DNA from: a virus
Lineage: Duplodnaviria; Caudoviricetes
Direction: 5' to 3' (one strand)
DNA length: 46,182 nucleotides
IMG/VR virus record: IMGVR_UViG_3300049000_000041
Location: 1-46,182 of that record
Each line of letters begins with the position of its first letter. Positions within the stretch are counted from its first letter, which is position 1. Made by a program: the position numbers and the translations under genes. The notes below the pieces were generated by a model. That model was not told where the DNA came from, searched no databases, and saw only the letters and a program-made list of their open reading frames with translations. Below are positions 46,070 through 46,182 of the stretch, in pieces.

Positions 46070-46116
46070 GGGGGTATATAGTCGTCCAACCCTAGCGATA
46101 CCCCCGCGGATACCCC
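46070..46116. promoter_or_regulatory. Arm-type integrase binding repeats
   Basis: GATACCCC direct repeats (46097, 46109) and an inverted GGGGGTAT (46070) abutting the int start codon, as seen upstream of P4-like integrases. Confidence 0.65.
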
Positions 46117-46182
46117 AACCAGAATCGGACTGTAGTTGCGTGATATTAACGCTAGTTGGGCGATCCCCATAGTAAAAAACCC

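Larger units (their letters stand above)
493..46116. mobile_element. Temperate phage/prophage: lambda-like cos head, Mu-like contractile tail, helicase-primase replicon, two tyrosine integrases
   Basis: Complete, collinear head-tail-lysis gene set plus replication genes and integrases. True att boundaries are not visible and probably lie outside the window. Confidence 0.93.

Overview
This window holds a GC-rich (pro)phage of about 46 kb, probably from a Betaproteobacterium; the Oxalobacteraceae-like host is inferred from gene content, not proven. The early operon runs alpA, small ORFs, SF2 helicase and Toprim primase, and no CI/Cro or O/P initiator is visible in the window. It is followed by a ~380-nt densely base-paired non-coding region and a Q-like late regulator with an operator and terminator. 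Next come a reverse-oriented PEP-CTERM moron with its own sigma54 promoter and a pre-terminase fibre module with a beta-helix depolymerase-like protein and an acyltransferase moron. The structural block is a lambda-like cos site, lambda-type head genes, a Mu-like contractile tail and a GH73 lysis cassette. An AT-richer accessory region then carries secreted proteins, a holin relic, two small paralogs, a large serine recombinase, a second acyltransferase, a tRNA-Gly 3' fragment (att-like) and a TIGR04255-like/unknown/HNH operon. The right end has two tyrosine integrases in tandem with a DUF4224-type excisionase between them. The best novelty candidates are the structured RNA-like element after the primase, the TIGR04255-HNH operon, and the dual-integrase layout with an internal att relic. 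All family calls come from motif recognition by eye; no searches were run.
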